DNA of 64,000 nucleotides from Epiperipatus broadwayi. Taxonomy: Eukaryota > Animalia > Onychophora. Positions 39,101 to 50,478 of this stretch are shown here, piece after piece (the first letter of the stretch is position 1; each line of letters begins with the position of its first letter). Position numbers and translations under genes: made by a program. The stretch covers positions 5,456,001-5,520,000 of the forward strand of contig JAQFVV010000006.1 of NCBI GenBank assembly GCA_028023455.1, given 5' to 3'. The notes under the pieces are model-generated. The model had not been told where the DNA came from and ran no database searches. It saw nothing but the letters and a program-made list of their open reading frames with translations.

Positions 39101-40779
39101 AAAAAAATTATGCTGAAAAGTATTGTTTAAGCTGGCATCATGGGATATTTTGTTGGTTTTGGCTTGATCCTGGTCAGTGTATAAAAATAATACTTATTGA
39201 AAAATTAATAACACCATAATATAAACTGATTTTATATCGACTATGGTAAGCCTAGGGCAAATATAGCATAAGTGAACTAAAAATAATTCAGAATATAAAT
39301 CTATTTTCTTGCAGCATGGGTAAAAGTTTGGCCACGAAATCAATCCAATAAATGTTAAAATTGTTTCCATGGAGTGAGATGAAAGAAAATGTAAAGTGAA
39401 AGAGGTGTGATTTGTTGATAATAACAACCATACTATAACTAAAAGAGAGAATAGCATCCAAATCTTCAACAAATGTAATATTTAAATTACTAATTTAAAT
39501 AAATTATTGTTTTATACTTAAATGCTACAGTATATTCAGCCACCTCGTGAATGCTACAAATTTGTCTTCACCCAGTCGAAAGTGCATTCAACTACAGTTA
39601 ATAAAATTAATATATGGAGTAAATCTTTCCTTAGATAATGTTTAAAACATTTAAGCAAACCAATTATAAATAGGATAAGGAAAAGGAGATTCTTTTATTT
39701 TATACACATGGGTATGTATTATGTGTTTGTGTAATTTCTGACTTTGACAATTCAATTGAATACAATTACATCATTTCTGTCCTTGCCAGCTCCTTTCCAA
39801 GCAAGTATAAAATGCATATATAATTCTTAAACACTCATTGACTTCGAGTTTGGTTGAAAAGGTAATCAATTAATAGCCCCAAACTAATTAACAGCCCTGA
39901 GCTAGCTTTCAATAAAACACTGCCAGAAATATAATGCTGAATAAAATTATGCAGTACAGGTATGCTTATATAATATTTAAATGAAGCACAATATGCAAAT
40001 AAGACAATCAGATATTCCATTTCCAGATAAGATAGAATATGATTCCTTTACAATTGTCCAAGCCTCTTTGTACTTTCTTTTCCTATTGGCTCAGTGCTAT
40101 TAATTAGCTTATAGTTTATAGTTATTAATTGGTTATCTTTTCAACCAAACTTAAACTCAATGAGTGTTTAAGAATTACCTAGTTTATTGAAAAGAATTAA
40201 TAAGTTGAGATTTAAATTGAATATTTACATTTCCACTAAACTTATAATTGTCCACTTGTATGAGTTTTAAAATGGATAGAAATGAACTCTTCCATGTGGG
40301 TATGATTCCGAGTCATATACAAATTGTGTTCACATCTTATATAGAGTTGTTTTCACTTTTGTGAGAAATTATTGTAAAAGCCACCTTTATAAATATCTGA
40401 AGTATGACTATTCTCTGAAACATGATTGTTTTACATAACAAAAAATTGAATTATAATTTATAGGAATATTATTAACAGGTTCAATGCAGGGGCAAATCAT
40501 TGATTAATGAAGTATAAATTATGTGTTAATGCAAAATTAGGGAGACTAAAACTATTGCAAAAAACAATATTAACAATCAATATTCCCAATTTCCATATAT
40601 GCTCCAATTAATTTACATTAGAACTTCCTAATCATTTTAAGGTATTAACATTTTGAATATGGTTCCAATTTAATTCAACAAAAAGATAAATGAGACAAGA
40701 CAATGTGTGAAGAAAAAATATAATATAAACATGTTTGAATATAATCCATTAAAAAGAATTAAATATCCAGAGTTTTATA

Positions 40780-40935
40780 AAGTGGGATTAAAAAAGTTAT
40801 TAATAATAAGAAGAATGATAATAATGATGATGGTGGTGATAAAAATAATAATAATGATGATGATGATGATGATGATGATAATGATAAAGATAATGATGAT
40901 GATGATGATGATAACAACAACAACAATAAGAAGAA
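40780..40935. repeat. Compound trinucleotide microsatellite (ATA/ATG/ACA)
   Basis: Direct runs of ATA, GAT and ACA; explains the low-complexity ORFs at 40707-41028. Confidence 0.95.
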
Positions 40936-40939
40936 GGCC

Positions 40940-42420
40940 AAAAAAAGAGAATAAAAGTCCCATGAGTATGAAATAGTACATTGACATTGCAACAAAAATT
41001 GTTTCAGTAAAAAGAAGAGATGGAACAAAAGGATATCATGAAATACACAAAAGAATTTTATAAAAAATTACATATTTTAAATGAATAAAAAATTGAATTA
41101 TGCCACTAAATCTATGAGGATGGGAAAAGCTCCAAAGAATGTCAGAATTAATATTGATATTTCTAAGCAAGTAGATGAAAAAATCGAAATATTATTGGAA
41201 CAATGTTATATTAAATGTCTAAATGATTACAAATAATCAAAAGAATATAAAAATAATTAAAAAAATATAGTAATGTTGATATTTAAGAAGGGTGATAAAG
41301 AAGATATAAATAACAGACCTATCAATTCTTTATCAATTCTATACAAAATGTTAATCAAGATAATTAGTTTGTTTCTAGCAAAATTGGAATACTGAATAAC
41401 TAAAGAACAAACTGGATGTAAAAAGTGTATTTAACATACTGCTTCTTATTCAATTATTGAGGGAAGTAATAGAAAGGATTAATTAATAAGAATTACTATT
41501 ATGCTTTGGATTTGTAGCTTTTGAAAAGACATTTGATTCTATTATCATTTCTAATCATTACAACATTGGATTAACAAGATTTACACTCCAAATATTATCA
41601 TATTCTGAAGAATGTTTTTATCAAAATGCAACATTTTTGATTATATTATATGGAAAAACTAAGAAAATTAACATCTAAAAAGATATATGACAGAGTAATG
41701 TCTTCAAAACATTTTACATTTGTTGATTAAAATGGAATAACATTAAGAAAATAGAAATACAATGAGATTATTTAAGTTGATTTGATTTTTCAAGTTCTTT
41801 TTGCAAATAATGCTTCAAAACTTTAAACAATATTGTAAGATTAATACATGAAAGTAAATAGTTTGAACAAGCATTAACCTGTATTCAATGCGCTTTAAAA
41901 CTCGTAATAATCAAGCATATTTTTGCCAACAGAGGAGTGGCCGTCTTTGACCTAAATTTCCACTTATATAGGCGAATCTGAAGCATCTTGATTTGGAAGT
42001 GTGAAGTAGTTTGGAAGGTCCCTTTGTCAGCAAAAATATGCTTGATTATTACACATTTAAAAGCACATTGAATACAGGTTAATGCTTGTTCAAACTATTT
42101 ACATATGTTTTCTGTGCCTTAATAAATTAATTACTATCTCTCAAATGAAAGTAAGAAAGTAGAACTAAAGATAAATCCTAAAAAAGGCTCAGCGATGTTT
42201 AATGGATTTTTTCAAAAAAAAAAATTAAGATTGATAAGAAGGTAACAACTATATATAGTTTAGTATAGTTTATTATTACAAATGGAAATATAATGGATGA
42301 AATTAATTTTAGGATGACTCGTTTCAATGGAAATAATATTAAAAGAAAATACGTCTATGCATTTTAGCAATTCTTACTTACAGACCTGAAACTTATAAAT
42401 ACTTAACAGAAAAGCAATAA
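40940..42420 (+). mobile_element. Degenerate RTE-like LINE RT region
   Basis: GKAP, LIFKKGDKEDIN.RPI..LSILYK and D.EK.FDS RT motifs, with stops and frameshifts. Confidence 0.75.
41854..42102. repeat. Foldback with about 75-bp arms inserted in the LINE
   Basis: GTAAATAGTTTGAACAAGCATTAACCTG... inverted at 42025-42102. Confidence 0.85.
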
Positions 42421-42659
42421 AAAGATTTCAATCTACTCAATGAAGAGACAACATGTGAGATAGTTGGATAAAATAAAAAGTTTGCTAGTGGCATGGAAAA
42501 AAGAAGTTGCAGATCCAAGTAACTGAATTAATCTTGGAGAAATTTTCATCTTATCATAGACTGATGAAAGTTGCAAAAGATGATGATGATGACATAGAAT
42601 AACTAATATATGATAATTCGTCAATTACAGTTTTGGCAAATACTTCCAGGCAGAGACAA

Positions 42660-43730
42660 AACTGTCTAACAACAACTACAATAAGCAGGGGGGGAAAAGC
42701 ATGAAAAAGGAGATTAACGTGAATATAGAGAAGGAGAATGATAAAAAGAATATAGAGGAAGAGAAAAATCAAAAGGGGAAAGAGAGAAAAAAGATGAACA
42801 GAAATTATGCCTACTTTCATCTAATAGTTATAGAAATATTGTACAAGAAATGCAAAAGAACAATAAAGGTTTGCTATTTCATTTTTAAAGATTACATATT
42901 GATTGGAAAAAATTGTTACAGCCTTTGTTTGGAATACAGTGATGTGTGGAAGTGGGACTTGATATTTGAAAAAAAAAGAATAGAAAAAGTACAGAAATGT
43001 GGCATTAGAGGAAATTTGCTAAAATCTTTGCTATGATAATATTTACATATGAGTGTAAGGCATGGTCTTTAGCAAAGTAAGAACGAATAAGGTTAGAAGA
43101 TTTGGAAATATAGTTTTGGAGAAAGTTGTTTAGATTATTGCTAATTATATATACTGACATCAAAAATCAGATGAAATTTGTTAAAATTTACTTGAATAAG
43201 ATCGAATATTGATGTGAGATGTGGTCTTTGGTAAAAAAAATGATTGAATAAGATTAAAATATATGGAAATGTAGCTTTAAAGGAAGTTATTTAGATTATT
43301 TCTAATCATACATATTGATATCAAAAAAAGGATAAAATTTGTTAAAATCTCTCTTTGGATAATACTTACATATGGGTGTGAAATATAGTCTTTGGAACAG
43401 CAGAAACGAATAAGATTGAAAAATATGGAATTATGGTTTTGGAGAAGGCTGAGCATGATAGGTTAAATGGAGAAGATAAATGATCAGATATTGAAAGAAA
43501 TTAGTATGGAAATGAATTGATGAACATGATAAAATTGAGAAAAATAAAATTTCTGGAATTTATTTTGAGACATGATATTTATCTGCAAAATATTTTGGAA
43601 AGTAAAGCATTGGGAATAAGGTTGAGGGATGGGTCAAGAATATATTTCTTTAAAAATGTGATCAGAAATTGGATGAAATTCATATGCAAAGATGAAAAGG
43701 ATAGAGTGACATTTTTGCAGTGACATGGCA
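42660..43730 (+). mobile_element. RTE-like LINE 3' remnant
   Basis: ORF 43517-43723 KLRKIKFLEFILRHD...ILESKALGIRLRDGSR resembles the RTE C-terminal R...F.GH..R....I.EG...G.R.RGR pattern. Confidence 0.6.
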
Positions 43731-44214
43731 TTGCTTTTACAAGTTAACAATAACTGATATTTGTACAACATAAAATTAGTTACTCATTGAAACCAAATGA
43801 ATAGAAAAATTGCTGTAAAAGAACATGGATTGAAGAGCTAAAAGTTTATAGATTCATTCTGATAAAAATTATTTGTTTGGAAAATTGAATAAAACTGTAC
43901 TCAGATGCAATTTTTGACACTCAATCATCACTTGACCTCCTTAGCAACTAAAAATATGATTATTTACTTATTACTTGGTCCATTTTAGCAGTGATGCATA
44001 AACCAATAATTTCTGGCCAATTAAGTGAAACTGTTGTTTTCAGTCACGGCGTTAATGCTAGAATATCATTTCCCAATCCCTATTCACTCTAGAATTATTA
44101 TTATAATTTTTATTTGCTATTATAAGAGAAAAGTTATTTGTAAATTAGCATTTTTTTAAATTTAGCGTAATTGAATTAATTATGCCACATTAAACCGAAG
44201 TATAATATTTTTAG

Positions 44215-44340
44215 GCTTTCTGGGCAATCGGAAGCTGTATAGAAATAGGATTAGCGGCACTTGTCATGCCTATCTTAGGCTGGCGGTATTTAATTGCATT
44301 TTCTAGTTTACCTCTCCTAATAACAATAGTTTGCTTTTGG
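44215..44340 (+). CDS. SVOP: SVOP/SVOPL-family exon D (AFWAIGSCIEIGLAALVMPILGWRYLIAFSSLPLLITIVCFW)
   Basis: tttttag acceptor and GTAAGT donor; 126 nt, phase 0; FWA.G...E...A..VMP.LGWR motif. Confidence 0.92.
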
Positions 44341-45499
44341 GTAAGTATTACATACACACGTGCATGCACAGACACATATATTTTTTAATCCAATTTTATA
44401 AATATTTTATCAAAATGCATTCACAGATTACATTTGTTAACATTAAAAGACGTCGTTGCTAAACACTAATATAGATATAATACTTATTTAATTTTGTTTA
44501 TGTTATATTGATACCTTGGAGCAACCATTTATTTCTTCTCTTAGTATGCTATACAACCTCTCTCTCTCCCTCTCCTTCTCTCTCTCTCCCTCCCTCTCTC
44601 TCTCCCTCTCTTTCTCTCTCTATCTCTAGCTCTCTCTATCACTAATATATTCCTGTTTTCATTCTCGCTTATAGTTATATTTTCTTTCTATTTTATATTC
44701 TTTACCAATTCTTTTTTTTTATTTTAATATTTATTAATAACCTATTAAATCTTTGAATTCCTAGGCTTAATATATTTTGCAAATGTTTTTATCATGTACA
44801 GTATTTTATAAAGTTTATATTATTAATTCTAACATACAGATTTATAGAGTCCACATTTGGTGCCAAATTATATGTACTAATGAATAAATGAAAAGAATAT
44901 AACTATATGTGTGTTAGGTGTATGATGATATGCAAAAATGAATGGCTCATCAGAGTATTTATGTTTAATATTTTGTACTATAAGATTATTTAGGTCAGTA
45001 TTTTTCAAAGTCATTGGCATAATTTATTCAGTGTATGGTATACACACCTTAACATTCAACACCAACAGCTCTTAACCAATCAGGAGCTGATACTTCCAAG
45101 TTTTGTAGAACAAAAAGACCAATAGAAGCATTGTAAATTAGATAATCCTTGTAAATATGTACCATAGTTTGTGATCTTTCACCATCGCAGTGTGAAAGAG
45201 TCTATAAATTCCCCATTTTTGCAACATATAATAACATCTATTCTGACCTGAATACCTATTAATCTTATTGATATAATGATTCCATTGAAATATCTCGAAA
45301 CATTCTCGACCTCTCCACCTGGAAAAAAAAAACACAAATTTAATAGAGGTATATGTTGTTATTATTTATATTTAGTTTATTTAAATAATTTTGCTATTCA
45401 TAATTTTATTATAATCCAAAATACTTAAAGAATTACAAATATTACAAACATCATGGAATATGAAACACGAAACTCGTTAATAAAAATTAAATTTAAGCC

Positions 45500-46210
45500 T
45501 GTCCTTTAAAGTATGGAAATTGGCTATCTTAAAGTATGGAAATTGGCTATCTTAATATATATCTGAGCACTTATTGCATATATCTGTAGATGTGATAATC
45601 TGGACCAACTAATGATTGCTGGTTTAGCATGAAATACATATATTGGTGATTATTTATCTTTTCTACATATATGTGTTCAAGTCTATCAGTATTATAAGAT
45701 AGAATGGAGTGGTGGGTCATGTGAAAGGCTGTACTCATATATCCTATATATTACATATATTGATGCAGGTATATAATAAGCCTGTATTTCAGTTATTACA
45801 TAGTAGAGATGTCTGCCCATCATGTATTAAATAGATTATGTCCTGTACATGAGGGGTTAGATTGACTTTAGGTCAACATGGGTGTGATGAGAATCTTAGT
45901 TTCAGTGTGGCCTTTGAGCATTCCATCATCAGATTTTCAATTGTATGGATGTTTGAAGAGTTGGAGTGTGGAGTGGATTAAAGCCTTTCCATTAAAGTAT
46001 GAAGATTGGCTATCTTAATATATATCTGAGCACGTACTTCATGTATGTGTAGAGATGATAATATGGACCAATTGATGATTGCTGTTTTAGCATGAAATAT
46101 GATATTGGTGATTATTTATCTTTTCAATATATATGTGTTCAAGTGTATCAGTGTTATGAGATAGAGTGGAGGGTCATGGGAAAGTCTGCGCTCATATACC
46201 CTATATATTA
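45500..46210 (+). mobile_element. HHR family C tandem, 463-bp unit
   Basis: HHR-like motifs at 45604-45647 (CTAATGA) and 46067-46109 (TTGATGA), both with TGCT/AGCA stem II, GAAA and ACCAA/TTGGT stem I. Confidence 0.75.
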
Positions 46211-46459
46211 AAACTAAGATTGAGTACTGCAACAAAGGAGCTTTTAGAATTTATGTAGATGTTACTGAAAATCATCAGTTTGATTTAAAAGTAAACTAAT
46301 ACAACTCTGCCAATAACTGAAAAGGTGTAGAATGAGCCCACCTGTACTTTAGTTTGGATCGTGTATAAGCATTCAGTTTATTGATGTGTTACAATGCAGA
46401 GGGGCTCATTCTCTATATTTTCATTTATTGACTGGGTTGCATTAATTTAAACCATTAAG

Positions 46460-46735
46460 CATTACATGATCACCATCTCTTATACTAGCACATAACTGTT
46501 TATAAACAAGGCAAAACTCTTCATACAGTAGTGCCACCCTGTGCCAACCAGAGTAATCAATGAATGGCAGATCCAAAGCTCCTCACTGACAAAGGCCACA
46601 AGCCAGAAATTAGTATGGGGATATTGGATGAGTAGGCATTAGATAGGGATTTTATGCACAAGCCTTCTGGCATCCATTGTTTACTCTGGTTGGCACAGGG
46701 TGGCACTACTGTATGGAGAGGTTTGCATTAATTTA
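46460..46735. mobile_element. HHR family A foldback
   Basis: Minus arm about 46460-46565; + arm starts 15 nt before the HHR at 46580-46621 (CTGACAA AGGC CACAA GCCA GAAA TTAG TA). Confidence 0.8.
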
Positions 46736-46959
46736 CTGGTAGTTTTCACTAGTTTCCACATAAATTTTATTTACATTTGAGCTATATCAATTAATATTTA
46801 AAAGAGGGTTTAATAACAATTTGGTGTGATGGATATTGCTACACAAAACATCAATATCAGAAAAAAATTTTGACCTAGCAATTCGTAGATTCCCCCCACT
46901 TCTCCCCAACATTTCCATTGATAAACAAGGTCTGAGCTTATTTTCAAGTAGTTATAAAT

Positions 46960-47700
46960 GGTGAAAATACAGTTGTAAATATAATAATCAGAAAATAATA
47001 AATTCTTTACAACAGTTATATAAATATCAAATTTTTTAATATACATAAAAAGCCTTTTTCAACACCTGATTTGGTTTCCTTTTCAAATGTTAATAATCTA
47101 TTATGTTAATCTAATGTGATCTTTAACATAAAACTATCTAGTGTTCAATAATGAAATTAAAACAAAGAATAACTATATAAATCATTAAAAAAATTATATT
47201 GTTATTCTTTATTTTAATTTCATTATTAACCAGTAGGTGGTTTTATGTCTGAAATAGTTTGTTAATGTAATAGATTATTAATATTTAAAAGTGCACCAAT
47301 TCAGACACCGAAAAAAAGAATAACTATATAAATCATTAAAAAAATTATGTTGTTATTTTTTATTTTAATTTCATTATTAAACACTAGATGGTTTTATGTC
47401 TGAAATAGTTTGTTAATGTAATAGATTATTAATATTTGAAAAGGGCACCAATTCAGACACCGAAAAAAGAATAACTATATAAATCATTAAAAAAATTATA
47501 TTGTTATTCTTTATTTTAATTTCATTATTAAATACTAGATGGTTTTATGTCTGAAATAGTTCGTTAATGTAATAGATTATTAATATTTGAAAAGGGCACC
47601 AATTCAGACACCGAAAAAGGCTTTTTATGTATATTAAAAAAAATTGATATTTATATAGCTGTTATAAAGAAGTTATTATTTTCTGATTATTATTTTATGG
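46960..47700. mobile_element. HHR family F: inverted copy plus 3 x 151-bp tandem, with UUGAAAA-core HHR-like motifs
   Basis: Unit starts at 47166, 47317 and 47468; 46960-47160 is inverted. Motifs at 47043-47090 (-) and 47583-47630 (+). Confidence 0.7.
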
Positions 47701-48049
47701 AAGAACAATATAAAGACATTTATTCTTTTCCAATTTTGATGGTATTAGTTGTAAATATATATGGATGCTAAGAAAACCAGACTACTTAAGCTATGTTTTC
47801 AAGTGAAAGATTTTTTTCCACTAGAGTCAAAAGTCTGACAAGTATTTATTAGAAAATTCTGACTCTAGGTATCTACTCTCAAGATGATTAGTTCTTCTTA
47901 AGTTAATAATGGAAGATTAATTAAATCATACAGATGAAACAAATGGCATTCTTATTCAGTAATATTTTTTTATTTTATTTAGGTTAGGACAATATTTTTT
48001 TAAAAAAAAAATCATTGAAGTTGTGATATAATAGTGATAAAGTCTCCTT

Positions 48050-48575
48050 ACATTAGTGCAACTCAGTGCAAGACAAAGTAAACAATAGATGCACAATGGC
48101 TTGCATTGGACTGCATTACGGTTTGGAAAGTTTCTTACTGGTTTAATGACTTGGGTAAGCATAGGAAATGGTGCTCATGTGATGCTTAGTAGTTTAACAC
48201 CATTCCTGTTCACAGGATGATAGTGACTATGGTTATTAAAAAACCCAAGATACCAAAATGTATAAGTACTAAACTGGGTTCAGATCTATATGAGTGTATA
48301 AGTGAATGAATTGAAAATATTATTGTTATTTTGGACTCATAGTTTTATAGGGTTGCATTGAATCCTAAGATCTAGGTGCTGTGGTCTCAGATCCAAAGCT
48401 CCTCACTGATGAAAGCCACAAATTAGAAACCAATCTGCACACTAGATAGGAACTTTTTACACAAACCTTGCAATCCATTGATTATTATTGTTTGTTCTGA
48501 GTGACACTACTGTATGGAAAGTTTGTCACTGGTTTAAGAACTTGTGTAAGCATAGGAAATGGTGATCATGTGATG
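48050..48575. mobile_element. HHR family A: short inverted arm plus + monomer with terminal redundancy
   Basis: AGCATAGGAAATGGTG(C/A)TCATGTGATG at about 48160 and 48549; HHR-like motif at 48400-48438. Confidence 0.75.
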
Positions 48576-48703
48576 AGTTTGTGATGTTGTTAATTATTAT
48601 TATTTAACTTTGTGCTGATAATTAGAGTTTCTACAGAACATTTCTAAATTATTGTCTACATAAATAAGCATTTATTTTATAACGTCTTGCGTGCGATTAT
48701 AAT

Positions 48704-49119
48704 TACGATAGAATGACAGCCTGTTAAGCTAATTGCACAGATGCTGTGAGAATGTTATTAATAAATGAATACCTTCGAACAACCACATGATATAGTATTT
48801 ATATAAGAGTAAAAAGGAATCCTCTTACCCTTACGACTCAAATGTTTATATATGAGCAAATCTAAAGTAGTTGTAACGAAGGCGTGACTACATAATAGTA
48901 ATTATATATAGTAATTTAAAGTGACTATTATGTAGTCACGCCTTCGTTATAACTACTTTAGATTTGCTCATATATAAACATTTGAGTCGTAAGAGTAAGA
49001 GGATTTCTTTTTACTCTTATATAAATACTATATCATGTGGTTGTTCGAAGGTATTCATTTATTAATAACATTCTCACAGCGTCTGCACAATTAGCTTAAC
49101 AGGCTGTCATTCTATCGTA
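48704..49119. repeat. Near-perfect foldback, 196-bp arms and 24-nt loop (family G)
   Basis: 48704-48899 is inverted against 48924-49119; related to 59523-60100. Confidence 0.92.
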
Positions 49120-49830
49120 TATTATTGTCTGTAAAACCTTTTAAACCTGCAAAAACTTTATTTTGGAATGTTTACAATTTTGTGTTTAGAATTAATATAT
49201 TAGTACTTTTTCCATGCAGGAAAAGAATCAATTTGTTTCTTTTTCAAAAAATCGATCAGTTAATAGAGCACCATATCCAATTTTGATCAGAAAAATGAGA
49301 TGCTACTGTGGGATTTTTACAGAGAAGAAATTCGTATTTCATTTTTTAATATTAAAACACTTTATAGAAATATATTGCAGGTAGACATCTTATTTTGTTG
49401 TGAGTTATGAAAGAGATTCATAATTGAAGTTCACGACTTGGCATAAAATTTAAAAGTCTTATATTAGTGTCATTATTTTATATGTAATTAAATACTGTGG
49501 AAACTTTTGATAACACTTTAAGTGATCTTTCATATGTCACAACACTATGTTTTCTTTGTGGATAATGCAAGAAAAATGAATTTGCATTAAGACAAATCTT
49601 TTTCAATCCTCTAATAAATCCTGGAATCTTCCAGCATGGTTCTAGCTCCCTCAGTGCATACCCAATGCACTTTTCCCATTCAAGCTCATTTTCTATAAAA
49701 TTGTTATTCATCTTTTCAAATATATCTATTTTATTAGTAATGGCCAGAGATATTTTTACAAAATAGCAAATCTTCATGATTTCTAAATTATACAGATATC
49801 TATTAAAACCATTAAATTAGCATCATTGTA

Positions 49831-49940
49831 GTCAAGCATTGTTAGCCGAGAGGTCATCGCAGCCGCCTTGCAAGCAAGAAGTTGGTTGCAAATGGTTGTG
49901 GGTTTGCATCCCGGCTGATGCTATGACATATGAAAAAAAA
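49831..49940 (+). mobile_element. tRNA-derived short SINE with 17-bp TSD
   Basis: A box TAGCCGAGAGG, B-box-like GGTTTGCATCCC, poly(A) tail, TSD AAATTAGCATCATTGTA on both sides. Confidence 0.85.
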
Positions 49941-50288
49941 ATTAGCATCATTGTACGATTCATCAAGTTGGATGACAAATTTAATACTTTGCTTGATTTT
50001 TGATAATGGTGTAGACATTATATGCTATCTATTCTTCTTTTTATTGTATCATTGGATGCAGGATTTTTTAAAAAAAATTTGATATGTTATAACTGAGGAT
50101 AGTTTTACAAATATTTATTGCTGCTTTTAAGATAAAATCTTTACCAATTGTCTAAGATATCTTTTTGGTTTTAACAATTAATTGATAAAGCAATTTCGAC
50201 AGAAGCTTTTGCTAGTTTATCATTTTATTAAGTATACTTTGTAACGTAATACACTGTACAGGCTTACACACACCTGCACATATAATGC

Positions 50289-50478
50289 AATATATAAGGG
50301 ATTCGAACTCAGATTTTCACATGACCCTCAACTCTCCATGCCATCTCATATTGCTGATACCAGATCACACACATTATTTATCTTTTCAACATGTGTGTGA
50401 TCAGGTGGGTCAGTAATATGAGATGGCATGGAGAGTTGAGGGTTGTGTGAAAGTCTGAGTTCAAATCCCTTATATATT
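50289..50478. repeat. Foldback with about 85-bp arms, related to the family C downstream segment
   Basis: AATATATAAGGGATTCGAACTC... inverted to ...GAGTTCAAATCCCTTATATATT; shares GAGGGTCATG(T/G)GAAAGTCTG with 46170-46190. Confidence 0.8.

Noticed and set aside
40707-41028. ORFs with poly-M, poly-I or poly-S
   Set aside because: Translations of a trinucleotide microsatellite.
49831-49940. Functional tRNA gene
   Set aside because: Poly(A) tail, TSD, degenerate B box and a diverged second copy indicate a retroposed SINE.
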